Below, piece after piece: positions 1 through 9,536 of a DNA stretch of 64,000 bases. Location of the stretch: assembly GCA_964393205.1 (NCBI GenBank), contig CAYMSV010000001.1, positions 244,581 through 308,580 on the forward strand. The letters are read 5' to 3'. The first letter of the stretch is position 1. Every line of letters begins with the position of its first letter. This DNA is from an uncultured Pseudomonadales bacterium (GTDB taxonomy: Bacteria; Patescibacteriota; Microgenomatia; UBA1400; PJMF01). Below the pieces are notes generated by a model. It saw nothing but the letters and a program-made list of their open reading frames with translations, made no database searches and was not told where the DNA came from. The position numbers and the translations under genes were made by a program.

Positions 1-1673
1 CCAATCGCATCATCATCAATGTTGCAATCAAGTGAGTACATGTCGAGCTGAGTAAGAGTTTTTCCTGATCTAGAGTCTTTTTGAATAGGAGTGTAATTCG
101 ATAATGGTTTGTCAGCGATGATGACTGCGCAAGCGTGCATACCAGCTTGACGAATAGTGCCCTCAACCTTCATGGCCAAGTCAAGTAGTTTTCTAAATCT
201 ACTTTGTTGATAATAATTGCCTAATTCAGGCACAGAATTAATGGCTTGTTTGATAGAGACACGATGACCAGGGTCATTGGGAATAAGTTTGGCGATTTTA
301 TCTGGTTCCTCATAAGGCATGCCCAGAACTCTGCCAATGTCACGAACAGCTACTCTAGCCTCCATTCGACCAAAGGTAATGACTGCTGCTACATGATCTT
401 CACCATATTTTTCAGCTACGTATTTTAAAACTTCATCACGCTTAATATCAGCAAAATCAATATCTATATCGGGAGGGGTTGGTCTTTCTGGATTAAGAAA
501 ACGCTCAAAAGGTAGGCCATGTTTAATTGGATCAAGAGCGGTAATATTTAAACAATAGGAAACTAAAGAACCTGCCGCACTACCTCTGCCTGGTCCAACT
601 GCAATACCCTGTTCTTTAGCCCAGTTAACAAAATCCTGAGTAATTAAAAAATATGCTGGATAACCTTTGTCGTTAATGATTTTAATTTCATAATCTAATC
701 GCTCTTTAATTTCTTTGGAAATTTTCTTGAATTTTTTCTTAGCTGCTTGATAGACCATTTTTTCTAAATAGCTAGCGTAAGTTTCACCCTTTGGTAATTC
801 AAAAGTTGGGAAAATTAAATTGCCAGTAGGTATAGTCAGGTCACACTGATCAGCAATTTTTTTAGTATTACTAATCGCCTCAGGAATATCACTAAAAGCT
901 TCAATCATTTCTTGACTAGATTTAAAATAAAAATCAGGCTGATCAATCATCTTCATTCTTTTGGTGTCGCTAATAAGTTTTCTAGTCTGTACACAAAGTA
1001 AAGCATCTTGAGCAACAGCGTCTTCTTTATTTAAATAGTGAGAGTCATTGGTAGCTACCAAAGGTAGTTTAAGTTGACGAGCAATATTAATTAGTTTCTT
1101 TGTTAGATCATAACTTTCTGGAATGTGGGGGTGTCTTTGAATTTCTAGATAAAAACGATCTTTAAAGATTTTTTTATATTTTTTAAAAATTTCTATAGCT
1201 TGCTGATCCTTATCCTCTAGCAACAAGCGACTAGTGTAACTACTCATGCAGCCACTCAGTAAGATCAAACCTTCGTTATATTTTTCTAAAAGTTCATGAT
1301 CAATGCGGGCTTTATAAGAAAAACCCTCAAAATTAGCTAGGGAAATTAACTTCATTAAGTTTTGATAACCAGTAAAATCTTTAGCGAGTAGAGTTAAGTG
1401 ATATTGATCACTGCCCATTCTAATCTGTTTATCAAATCGAGAGTTTTTGGCTAAGTAAAGCTCAGCTCCAATAATGGCTTTGATACCAGCTTCTTTACAA
1501 GCGTTATAAAAAACAATATGGCCATGCATGTTGCCATGATCGGTGATAGCAACAGCCTCTTGCTCAAATTTTTTAGCTTTTTTAATCAGATCAGGAATTT
1601 TAGTTAGACCATCAAGTATTGAGTATTCAGTGTGGACGTGGAGATGAACAAAGTCATTTTTTTGCAGAGCCAT
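1..1673 (-). CDS. dnaE: DNA polymerase III alpha subunit, N-terminal part (runs off the left end of the window)
   Basis: Absent from the ORF track because it has no stop in the window. Manual translation from the ATG at 1673 gives MALQKNDFVHLHVHTEYSILDG (PHP domain), later GPGRGSAAGSLV and FERFLNPERPTPPDIDIDF (catalytic palm). Confidence 0.97.
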   Translation of the reverse strand, partial: MALQKNDFVHLHVHTEYSILDGLTKIPDLIKKAKKFEQEAVAITDHGNMHGHIVFYNACKEAGIKAIIGAELYLAKNSRFDKQIRMGSDQYHLTLLAKDFTGYQNLMKLISLANFEGFSYKARIDHELLEKYNEGLILLSGCMSSYTSRLLLEDKDQQAIEIFKKYKKIFKDRFYLEIQRHPHIPESYDLTKKLINIARQLKLPLVATNDSHYLNKEDAVAQDALLCVQTRKLISDTKRMKMIDQPDFYFKSSQEMIEAFSDIPEAISNTKKIADQCDLTIPTGNLIFPTFELPKGETYASYLEKMVYQAAKKKFKKISKEIKERLDYEIKIINDKGYPAYFLITQDFVNWAKEQGIAVGPGRGSAAGSLVSYCLNITALDPIKHGLPFERFLNPERPTPPDIDIDFADIKRDEVLKYVAEKYGEDHVAAVITFGRMEARVAVRDIGRVLGMPYEEPDKIAKLIPNDPGHRVSIKQAINSVPELGNYYQQSRFRKLLDLAMKVEGTIRQAGMHACAVIIADKPLSNYTPIQKDSRSGKTLTQLDMYSLDCNIDDDAI

Positions 1674-1727
1674 AACTAGGTTTTAGTATATCTTATTTTG
1701 TGTTAATTTTGCTTTCTAGACTCAGGT

Positions 1728-3056
1728 TTAGCTTTTAAGTTGATCAATCAAAGCTTGTCTTAGCAAATTAACATCAACTTTTTTAGCAATTTTTTTCATA
1801 CTTTGACCAATTAAGAAAGCTAAAACTTCTTTTTTACCTGCCTGATATTTTTTAACCGCGTCTTGATTTTCTGTTAAAACAGAGTCAACAGTTTTTTCAA
1901 TTAATTGATCATCAACATCCTCGATTTTGTTGGCTTGTTGATAGCGCTCAACTATTTGTTCAGGACTATCAGTAAGCTGATAGCTAATTTTTTTATTAAG
2001 TAGATCATTAATAATTTTCACGCTTTTAATTTTTTCTTTCTGTGCCAATATTAATATCTGCTCAAAAAACTCAGCTTTAGTTTTGCTTTTTACCAAGCGC
2101 TTGCTTAAGGCAAGATCCAAGTCAAATTCCTGACTTAGGCGTTGAGCATACTGATCAGGCAGTTCCACTAAACTTTGTCTGATTTCTTCAATTTCTTCTG
2201 GTTTAAATTCTAGTGGAGGTAGGTCTGGGTCTGGGAAATAACGATAATCTTGTGCTTCTTCTTTACTGCGCTGACTAAAGGTTTTTCCAAGCTGGGCATT
2301 GAAACCTCTAGTTTCTTGTTGAGGAGTTTTACCTTGATCAAGTAATTTAGCTTGACGTTCCATCTCATAATTAATAGCTGCCTCCATAAATTTAAAAGAG
2401 TTAATATTTTTACACTCTACTTTATAATTGGGTAAAAAAGTTTCTGAGTCAGTATCTTTTTTTAAAGAAATGTTGGCTTCGAGACGCATCCCTCCCTTTT
2501 CCATATCACAATCGGCGACTTCTAAATAGCGCAAAATTTGTCTTAATTTTTGGCTATACTCTTTGGCTTGTGTAGGAGTTTTAATATCTGTTTCAGTCAC
2601 AATTTCTACCAGTGGCACACCAGAGCGATTGAAATCAATTAAAGTTTGACTACCCTGATGAATGAGCTTAGCTGTGTCTTCTTCTAGATGAATACGATGA
2701 ATTCCCACCCTGCCCTCACTAGTATCTAGCCAACCATCATAACAAAAAGGAATATCATACTGACTGATCTGATAACCCTTTGGTAAGTCAGGATAAAAAT
2801 AATTTTTACGATCAAATTTAGAAAACAAATTAATTTTACAGTTGAGAGCTAAACCAATTTTAATAGTCCATTCAATTGCTTTTTTATTAGCCAAAGGTAA
2901 AGCTCCGGGCATGCCTAAACAAACTGGACAAGTATGAATGTTGGGTTCGGTGGCGCCAAAAGGATCATTCTTACAAGCACAAAACATTTTAGATTGAGTT
3001 TTGAGTTCAGCGTGAACCTCTAAACCACAAACCAACTGATAATTAGTTTTTGACAT
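1728..3056 (-). CDS. gatB: Asp/Glu-tRNA amidotransferase subunit B
   Basis: Motifs GLEVHAELKT, FDRKNYFYPDLPKGYQISQ and DYRYFPDPDL. The ATG at 3056 (MSKTNY), overlapping the gatA stop, is preferred to the track start at 3080. Confidence 0.97.
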   Translation of the reverse strand: MSKTNYQLVCGLEVHAELKTQSKMFCACKNDPFGATEPNIHTCPVCLGMPGALPLANKKAIEWTIKIGLALNCKINLFSKFDRKNYFYPDLPKGYQISQYDIPFCYDGWLDTSEGRVGIHRIHLEEDTAKLIHQGSQTLIDFNRSGVPLVEIVTETDIKTPTQAKEYSQKLRQILRYLEVADCDMEKGGMRLEANISLKKDTDSETFLPNYKVECKNINSFKFMEAAINYEMERQAKLLDQGKTPQQETRGFNAQLGKTFSQRSKEEAQDYRYFPDPDLPPLEFKPEEIEEIRQSLVELPDQYAQRLSQEFDLDLALSKRLVKSKTKAEFFEQILILAQKEKIKSVKIINDLLNKKISYQLTDSPEQIVERYQQANKIEDVDDQLIEKTVDSVLTENQDAVKKYQAGKKEVLAFLIGQSMKKIAKKVDVNLLRQALIDQLKS

Positions 3057-4438
3057 TAGCGATTTCTCCAGGTATTCCAAGTAGTATTTTTTTCAAAAGC
3101 ATCAGCTATTTTGATGACTAAATCCTCTCGCCACATTGGGGCAACAAAATTAGCACCCAAAAATAAATTGGTTTTGGGATCTCGATAATAAGGAACACTA
3201 GCGCCTGGTAAACCAGTGACCGAACTAGCTTCGAGCAACATATCTTCTAGCTCTCCAAACATTGGTGAATTAGCAGAAGCGCCAAGTTTTTTAGCAAATC
3301 CAGGAGAGGTTGGGCTAACTAGCACATCATATTTCTTGAACAATTCTTTAAAATCATTTAAATAAAGGGTACGAACTTTTTGCGCTAAATTATAGTATTG
3401 TTCGGCATATCCTTTAGATAAGGTATAAGTGCCAAGCATAATACGTCTTTTAGCTTCATCACCAAAATGTGAACGGTCTTTGCCATAGCGTACTCCGTCA
3501 AAGCGAGCCAGGTTGCTGCTGACTTCGGCACGCTGAACCACAGTATAGACACCAATTGAATAATGAGGGTCAAGGGCTTGAGCCTTTTCAACTTTAGCTC
3601 CTAGCTGACTCAAAATGGCTAGCTCTTGTGCTAATTTTTCATTAGCTTCTTCTACTCCCTTGACATCATGATAAATGACTCCAATCTTTAGACCCTTAAT
3701 ATCTTTGTCCAGAAAACTAGTAAAATCGGGAGCCGCTTCTTGATTGCAAGTACTATCCTTTGAATCTGGTCCAGCAAAAGTATTGAGCACTAAGCAAGCA
3801 TCCTCAATTGTTTTAGCAATTACTCCTGGACTGTCGGTTGAAGAAGCCATAGCAATGACTCCAAAGCGACTCACACGGCCATAACTGGGTTTTAAACCAA
3901 CTGTGCCACACCAGGCCGAAGGTTGTCTAATGGAGCCGGCTGTTTCACTACCTATAGCGGCTAAACACAAATCCGCTGCCACTGCAGCTGCACTGCCACC
4001 AGAAGATCCTCCTGGTAGATAATCGGGATTACGAGGGTTAAGAGTGGGGCCAAAATCACTAGTTTCGGTAGATGAACCATGAGCCCAAGCATCTAAGTTA
4101 GTTTTACCAACAACAACTCCACCTGCTTTTTGTAAACGCTTAGTAACAGTAGATTCATATGGGGGAATAAAGTCTTCTAATATTTTTGAAGAAGCAGTAG
4201 TACGTAAATTCTTAGTACAAAAATTATCTTTGACAGCAATTGGCAAACCTTTTAACAAGCCAGAATTAGCTTGTTGGCTTTGTTCTGTTGCTTGAGTGTT
4301 TAGATTTACATAAATATTGTAAAGTTTATTTTTATCTTCAATTGCTAAATTTAAATCTCGATATAAATGATCGAGTTCCAGTGAACCCTTGCTCAAGCCA
4401 TCAAGAGCTTCTTTAAGTGTTAGTTGATTAAGAGTCAT
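3056..4438 (-). CDS. gatA: Asp/Glu-tRNA amidotransferase subunit A
   Basis: Amidase signature PGGSSGGSAAAV and GSETAGSIRQP; lies between gatC and gatB. Confidence 0.97.
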   Translation of the reverse strand: MTLNQLTLKEALDGLSKGSLELDHLYRDLNLAIEDKNKLYNIYVNLNTQATEQSQQANSGLLKGLPIAVKDNFCTKNLRTTASSKILEDFIPPYESTVTKRLQKAGGVVVGKTNLDAWAHGSSTETSDFGPTLNPRNPDYLPGGSSGGSAAAVAADLCLAAIGSETAGSIRQPSAWCGTVGLKPSYGRVSRFGVIAMASSTDSPGVIAKTIEDACLVLNTFAGPDSKDSTCNQEAAPDFTSFLDKDIKGLKIGVIYHDVKGVEEANEKLAQELAILSQLGAKVEKAQALDPHYSIGVYTVVQRAEVSSNLARFDGVRYGKDRSHFGDEAKRRIMLGTYTLSKGYAEQYYNLAQKVRTLYLNDFKELFKKYDVLVSPTSPGFAKKLGASANSPMFGELEDMLLEASSVTGLPGASVPYYRDPKTNLFLGANFVAPMWREDLVIKIADAFEKNTTWNTWRNR

Positions 4439-4463
4439 TATTTTATTTTGTCTTTATTGAATG

Positions 4464-4778
4464 TTAATAATCTTCGGTATTTAAAACTTGTGGTACTAAA
4501 AAAAATCCATCTTTTTGTTGAGGAGCATTAGCTAAGGCTTCTTCTTGAGTAAAACTTTGTTTTTCGTCTACCCTATCTTCTCTAGTTACATTTTTGAAAC
4601 CAGTTACCTGATGGGTAGTTTCAACCTGACTGACATCAGCAGTTTTGAGCTGATCGATAACATCTAGAGTTTCTGCAAAATCTTTGGCCAGTTGCTTACT
4701 TTCAGCTTCACTAATAGGAATGTGAGCTAGTTGAGCGATATGTTTGACCTGGTCTTGACTAACTTGGTTTTTTGACAC
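4464..4778 (-). CDS. gatC: Asp/Glu-tRNA amidotransferase subunit C
   Basis: Motifs VKHIAQLAHI, TRED, ALANAP and GFFLVPQV; first gene of gatCAB; GTG start. Confidence 0.93.
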   Translation of the reverse strand: MSKNQVSQDQVKHIAQLAHIPISEAESKQLAKDFAETLDVIDQLKTADVSQVETTHQVTGFKNVTREDRVDEKQSFTQEEALANAPQQKDGFFLVPQVLNTEDY

Positions 4779-4833
4779 AATAAGGATTAGTTTAACAGAA
4801 TTTACTTATTTTTTGAGGGGGAATTGTACTTTT

Positions 4834-5739
4834 TTAGCCAGCAATAGCTCTTAGTGCTGCTACTCTTTCAGCTACTGGTGGATGAGTTTGAAAAAGTTTT
4901 TTAAAGTTGGCAACGCTACCCTTAGTATTTTTGAGAGGATCAGCGATATACATATGAGCGGTAGCTTTATTAGCTGCTTCTAAGGGTTCATGATCTTGAC
5001 TAATTTTAATTAATGCCCTAGCTAAACCCTCAGGGTTTTTTGTCATAGCAGCAGCATTAGCATCGGCTAAAAACTCATAGCGTCTAGAAATAGCCAGTTT
5101 GATTAATTGACTAATAATTGGCGCCAAGATAGCCATAAGAATCGCTAGAAAAAAGAAAATAACATCTAGTTGACCGCGATCTCGATCATCTCTTCTTTTG
5201 CCGAACATGGAGGTACGCAAGACCCAGTCTCCCAGCAAAGCTATAAAACCAACCAAAATTGAAACAATGGACATTAACAAAATGTCATAGTTTTTGATAT
5301 GACCAATTTCATGAGCTATAACGCCTTCTATCTCACTGCGATTAAGTCTAGTTAACAAGCCAGTGGTGGCACAAATAACTCCATTTTTAGGATTACGGCC
5401 AGTGGCAAAGGCATTCATAGCGCTATCATCGATGACATAAAGTTTAGGCATCGGTAATCCTTGGCCATTAACAATGTTTTCGGTTACAGTATAAAAATCG
5501 AAATGTTCTTTACGATTAGCGGGTTTAGCTCTAGAAATAGCTAAGACAATTTTGTCAGAAAAAAAGTAACTAAAAAAACTGGTAATTCCTGAGAAAATTA
5601 AAGCCAGTCCAACCATAGAAAGCGGATAATCAAAGCCAATAGCAATAATATAGCTAACGACAGTGACAAAGACGATAAAGCCCAACATTACTAGGAAAGA
5701 GCGACGCTTATTACTGGCTACCAATTGATAATGAGTCAT
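4834..5739 (-). CDS. htpX: M48 family membrane zinc metalloprotease HtpX
   Basis: Motifs NAFATG, HEIGH (HExxH), SRRYEFLADA and THPP; several TM segments; close to lemA. Confidence 0.93.
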   Translation of the reverse strand: MTHYQLVASNKRRSFLVMLGFIVFVTVVSYIIAIGFDYPLSMVGLALIFSGITSFFSYFFSDKIVLAISRAKPANRKEHFDFYTVTENIVNGQGLPMPKLYVIDDSAMNAFATGRNPKNGVICATTGLLTRLNRSEIEGVIAHEIGHIKNYDILLMSIVSILVGFIALLGDWVLRTSMFGKRRDDRDRGQLDVIFFFLAILMAILAPIISQLIKLAISRRYEFLADANAAAMTKNPEGLARALIKISQDHEPLEAANKATAHMYIADPLKNTKGSVANFKKLFQTHPPVAERVAALRAIAG

Positions 5740-5745
5740 GTTTCA

Positions 5746-5772
5746 ATTATAGCATCTACATAGCTGTATAAT
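5746..5772. promoter_or_regulatory. Back-to-back -10 boxes for divergent htpX and FkbM methyltransferase genes (probably leaderless)
   Basis: Minus strand: TGcTATAAT (5754-5746), 6 nt before the htpX ATG. Plus strand: TATAAT (5767-5772), 8 nt before the ATG at 5781. Confidence 0.6.
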
Positions 5773-5780
5773 AATCATAA

Positions 5781-6488
5781 ATGTGGATAAAAATTTGGCA
5801 AAAAATTATTGAGCGCTGGACCTTTCTACTTGTTCCCTATGGGCAAATTGCTTATGGTCAGAACGCTGAAGATATAGTGCTAGCAAAATTTTTAGATGAG
5901 CGTTTAAAGAATAAACAAAAGCCAGGTTTTTATATTGATATAGGCGCTCACCACCCTTTTCGTTATTCAAATACTTATTATTTTTACAAAAAAGGTTGGA
6001 GGGGTTTAAATATTGATGCTGATGATAAGGCAATTAAATTATTCGAACTTTTTCGCCCCAGAGATATTAATGTTCAGGCTTTAGTAGCAACTCAGAACAA
6101 GGCCTTAACTTATTTTGTTTTTAGTGATCGAGCTTTTAATACTTGTAATTCACTTTTAGCTAAAGAGTTGATAAAAAATAAGCGAGCCAAACTAATTAAA
6201 AAAATCAAAATTAAGCCTCAAAATTTAAAGAACTTGCTTAAAAAATATCTAAAGAAAGAACAAAAAGTTGATTTTTTATCAATTGATGTTGAGGGCATGG
6301 ACGAGAGTGTTTTGCAAGCTTATGATTTTGCTAATTTTGCGCCCGATTTTATTTTGATTGAAGACTTAAGCTTTGTAACTGATGTCTCTCAGCAAAAGTC
6401 TAAAAAAATAGCCCGCTTTTTAAAAAAGCAGGGCTATCATTTTGTTTCTCAAGTTTTTAATACTGCCTTTTGGCAGAAGAAGAATTAA
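5781..6488 (+). CDS. FkbM family SAM-dependent methyltransferase
   Basis: Motifs YGQNAED, FYIDIGAHHP..SNT, GWRGLNID and DFLSIDVEG are typical of FkbM/Methyltransf_21 proteins. Confidence 0.85.
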   Translation: MWIKIWQKIIERWTFLLVPYGQIAYGQNAEDIVLAKFLDERLKNKQKPGFYIDIGAHHPFRYSNTYYFYKKGWRGLNIDADDKAIKLFELFRPRDINVQALVATQNKALTYFVFSDRAFNTCNSLLAKELIKNKRAKLIKKIKIKPQNLKNLLKKYLKKEQKVDFLSIDVEGMDESVLQAYDFANFAPDFILIEDLSFVTDVSQQKSKKIARFLKKQGYHFVSQVFNTAFWQKKN

Positions 6489-6489
6489 T

Positions 6490-7068
6490 TTAAAGATCTA
6501 CCTTGGGAGTTTTCATTTCTTCTTGACTAACACTGACGTGTTCGCCAGTCATAGCTGTTTCTAAACCCTTTTCTTCTTTAAAACCGAAGAGTCCAGCAAC
6601 AATGTTTGATGGAAATACCACTAATTTCTCATTGTAACTTTGAGATAAATCAATGACACTGCGTCGAGCATAGGTTAGCTTGTCAGCTGTGTCAGTTAGC
6701 TCATCCATAAACTTTGTGATCGCTTCATTAGCCTTAAGTTCTGGATTGCTTTCAACAACCACCTGAATTTGAGGAATAAGTTTTTGAATGTCAGTAATTG
6801 CTTGATTAATATCTTTACTATTGCCTGTTTTTTCTGCTTTGACAGTTGATTTACGAGCATCGGTTAGCATCTGATAAATGCCTTTTTCGTGCTTCAACTG
6901 GCCCTTAACCGCAGTTTCTAGGCTGGGAATCAAACCAGCTTGGCGCTTCAGTTGATTGCCAATTTCTTGAATACTGGCTTTAATTTGTGTCTTTAAGCGC
7001 TGTAGTCCGTTGTAGATGCTCATAACATAAAGAGCGATAACAACTAGAGCGATTATGATATATAACAT
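6490..7068 (-). CDS. lemA: LemA family protein
   Basis: N-terminal TM segment followed by YNGL, then PELKAN and FPSNIVAGLFGF; AAGGAA RBS upstream. Confidence 0.9.
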   Translation of the reverse strand: MLYIIIALVVIALYVMSIYNGLQRLKTQIKASIQEIGNQLKRQAGLIPSLETAVKGQLKHEKGIYQMLTDARKSTVKAEKTGNSKDINQAITDIQKLIPQIQVVVESNPELKANEAITKFMDELTDTADKLTYARRSVIDLSQSYNEKLVVFPSNIVAGLFGFKEEKGLETAMTGEHVSVSQEEMKTPKVDL

Positions 7069-7130
7069 AAAAGTTCCTTTCTTCTATTATTTTTTCATTA
7101 TAGCTTATTTTACAAATTTTGGCTTGTTTA

Positions 7131-7159
7131 TTGCAGTTTTGTTGATTTCCTTTTATAAT
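7131..7159 (+). promoter_or_regulatory. Sigma70-type promoter of tRNA-Asp
   Basis: TTGCAG-17 nt-TATAAT ending 18 nt upstream of the tRNA. Confidence 0.6.
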
Positions 7160-7177
7160 CCAAGCGCAGATTAAAAA

Positions 7178-7253
7178 GGCCCCGTGGTGTAGCGGTTAAC
7201 ATGTCTCCCTGTCACGGAGAAGATCGTCGGTTCGAATCCGATCGGGGTCGCCA
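7178..7253 (+). tRNA. tRNA-Asp(GTC)
   Basis: Acceptor stem GGCCCCG/CGGGGTC; anticodon arm TCTCC-ctGTCac-GGAGA; TTCGAAT T-loop; encoded CCA. Confidence 0.97.
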
Positions 7254-7260
7254 AGCAATT

Positions 7261-7286
7261 AAAAAAGACCATTTGGTCTTTTTTTT
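7261..7286. terminator. Bidirectional intrinsic terminator between tRNA-Asp and the convergent MFS gene
   Basis: AAAAAAGACC-attt-GGTCTTTTTTTT hairpin giving a U-tract on both strands. Confidence 0.75.
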
Positions 7287-8475
7287 ATTTATTCTCCTTT
7301 GATTTCAATGTTTTTAAAAAACTAATTATCACTGCAATTAATAAAGCCCAACCTAAGCCTCCAACTACTCTAGCTACTGAATAATTGTCTATTAAGCTAC
7401 CCAGCACATAAGCGAAAAGGATATAAGGAATGTTGATTAGCATATTATAAGTAGACAAAGTGGTAGCTCGATACTTTGAGGAAATACTGTTATTGATTTT
7501 ATTACTTACCGAATTAAAAAATATTTCATTGAGTCCATTTCTCAGAACGATTAAGGCTGTAGTGACGAGTATGCCCAAATAAGGAGAAATTAGCATGTTA
7601 ATACTAATTAAAAGAGCTGAAAAAATAATACTAAGCCATTGTCCAAGCAATCTATTTAAATAATTGCTGAGTTGGCTAATTGCAGCAGCTAAGACAAAAC
7701 TAATTGAAAAGATTAGTCCCAATTGTGTTTCTGTCCAACCTTGGGCCACGAGCTGAATGTCTATTAGTGAGTGAACATTGATTATAACAACTAGGCCCAT
7801 CAAGACCATTAGAATATTTTGTCTGATGTTTTTGTTTGTGCTGAATAATTCTTGAAAACCCCTGCTAACTTGTTGACGGTAATTTTTCCAAGAGAATATC
7901 TCGCTATCTATTGGAGGCTCTTTTAGGTAGAAGGTAAAAAAGACAGCAACCAATTGAAGAGCTGCTACAAAGATAAAGGGTAAACCAGGAAAAACCTTAT
8001 ACATTATTCCACCAGCTATGCTTGCTATAGCAAAACTGAGCATCTTAATGCTAGAGATATTGGCTAAAACTTTTTGATACTTTTTTTCCTGATTGTTTGT
8101 CAGTAAAGAATCGTAAATTAAGGCCTCGATGGTGCCAGAGCTTAGAACGCTGGCTAGGGTAATGATAGTGACAGCAATAATCAATAATGAAAAAGAAGGG
8201 GCAAGTCCCATGGTTAAATTTCCCAAAAAACTACATATAAATGCCAAAGTTAATGTGTTTTTTTTACCAATCAAATCAGCAATTGCTCCCGTAGGGATTT
8301 CTCCAGCGACCATAATTAGAACCATAGTCGATTCCAAAAGACCAATACCGGCGTAATCAGTAAATCTTAGATAGAACAACACCCAGATTGCTATCCAAAA
8401 TAAACTGTGTTGGAGAGCAGTCAGGATGTATATTATAGAAATATTATTTTTTAATTTTTTGTCTATTTCTTGCAC
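7285..8475 (-). CDS. Major facilitator superfamily transporter
   Basis: About 12 hydrophobic segments; motif A-like EIPTGAIADLIGKK and RATTLS; GTG start. Confidence 0.88.
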   Translation of the reverse strand: MQEIDKKLKNNISIIYILTALQHSLFWIAIWVLFYLRFTDYAGIGLLESTMVLIMVAGEIPTGAIADLIGKKNTLTLAFICSFLGNLTMGLAPSFSLLIIAVTIITLASVLSSGTIEALIYDSLLTNNQEKKYQKVLANISSIKMLSFAIASIAGGIMYKVFPGLPFIFVAALQLVAVFFTFYLKEPPIDSEIFSWKNYRQQVSRGFQELFSTNKNIRQNILMVLMGLVVIINVHSLIDIQLVAQGWTETQLGLIFSISFVLAAAISQLSNYLNRLLGQWLSIIFSALLISINMLISPYLGILVTTALIVLRNGLNEIFFNSVSNKINNSISSKYRATTLSTYNMLINIPYILFAYVLGSLIDNYSVARVVGGLGWALLIAVIISFLKTLKSKENK

Positions 8476-8563
8476 GGTTTAATTGTATCATTTAGTAGAG
8501 ATGATCTGCTTAAAAATTTTCAAATATTTAGATTAATAAAAAATGCTAAAATATAATCTGATA

Positions 8564-8634
8564 GCGACCGTAGTTCAGCGGTAGAATGCGAGCTTCCCAA
8601 GCTTGAGGTGAGGGTTCGACTCCCTTCGGTCGCT
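8564..8634 (+). tRNA. tRNA-Gly(CCC)
   Basis: Acceptor stem GCGACCG/CGGTCGC; anticodon arm CGAGC-ttCCCaa-GCTTG; TTCGACT T-loop; CCA not encoded. Confidence 0.95.
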
Positions 8635-8654
8635 CAGCACACTGTTATTTAAAA

Positions 8655-8728
8655 GCCAAAGTAGCTCAGCTGGCTAGAGCAGCGGTATCGTAAACCGCAG
8701 GTCGTGGGTTCGATTCCCACCTTTGGCT
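8655..8728 (+). tRNA. tRNA-Thr(CGT)
   Basis: Acceptor stem GCCAAAG/CTTTGGC; anticodon arm GCGGT-atCGTaa-ACCGC; TTCGATT T-loop; CCA not encoded. Confidence 0.93.
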
Positions 8729-8771
8729 CATCTAATTTTTTTATCTTTATGTTATTATTAAATTGATAAAT

Positions 8772-9536
8772 ATGCCAAGATCACGTCGTTATTCTGCAGT
8801 TTATAAGAGCAAAAGTCGCTCAAAAAAGGGTAGCTCTCGCTTGTTAAAAAAGCAGGAAAAAGAGATGCGCAAGCAAACCCTCTTTTTTATTGTTTTATCA
8901 ATAGCCTTATTATTGTTTTTTATTTTCATTATTATTCCCAATTTGATTAGATTATTTTTTAATTTTTTTGATAATGACGTTAATTTTAATGTTGAAGACG
9001 ATTTGCCCCCACAAGCTCCAGTTTTATCCTCACCTCCTCCAGAGGCCACTTTTAGTGCTCAATTAAAGCTAGAAGGTTTCGCTGATCCAGAATCAAAGGT
9101 AGTCTTTGTCTTGAATGGCGAACAAGTAGAAGAAAAACAAGTTAATGATGAAGGTGAATTTGATCAAGAAATTAGCTTAGAAAAAGGAGAAAATCAACTG
9201 ACTGTTTATTCTATTAACGAGGCTGGTACGGAATCTTTGCAAAGTAAAACTTATCAAATTGTTTATGATGATGAGGCGCCAATTATCAGCATTATTGAGC
9301 CAGAGCCAGACAGTGTTATTGAGTTAAAACGCAACCGCAACACGCAGATAGTTGGAGAAACCGAGCCTCTTTCTAGAGTCTATTTAAACGATCGCTTAAT
9401 TTTAGTTGATGAGGATGGTCAATTTAGCAGCAACTATTACTTGGATGAAGGTGAAAATGTCTTAAAATTTTTGGCCATTGATAAAGCTGGAAATGAAAGT
9501 GAGCTGGAAATTAAAGTCGAGTTTCTCAATAATTAA
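8772..9536 (+). CDS. Membrane-anchored surface protein with two bacterial Ig-like domains
   Basis: Basic N-terminal tail and one TM helix, then two acidic beta-rich repeats (LEKGENQLTVYSINEAG and LDEGENVLKFLAIDKAGN). ATG at 8772 preferred to TTG at 8763. Confidence 0.7.
   Translation: MPRSRRYSAVYKSKSRSKKGSSRLLKKQEKEMRKQTLFFIVLSIALLLFFIFIIIPNLIRLFFNFFDNDVNFNVEDDLPPQAPVLSSPPPEATFSAQLKLEGFADPESKVVFVLNGEQVEEKQVNDEGEFDQEISLEKGENQLTVYSINEAGTESLQSKTYQIVYDDEAPIISIIEPEPDSVIELKRNRNTQIVGETEPLSRVYLNDRLILVDEDGQFSSNYYLDEGENVLKFLAIDKAGNESELEIKVEFLNN

Noticed and set aside
246-428. 60-aa plus-strand ORF
   Set aside because: Antisense to dnaE, which the track missed because it runs off the window.
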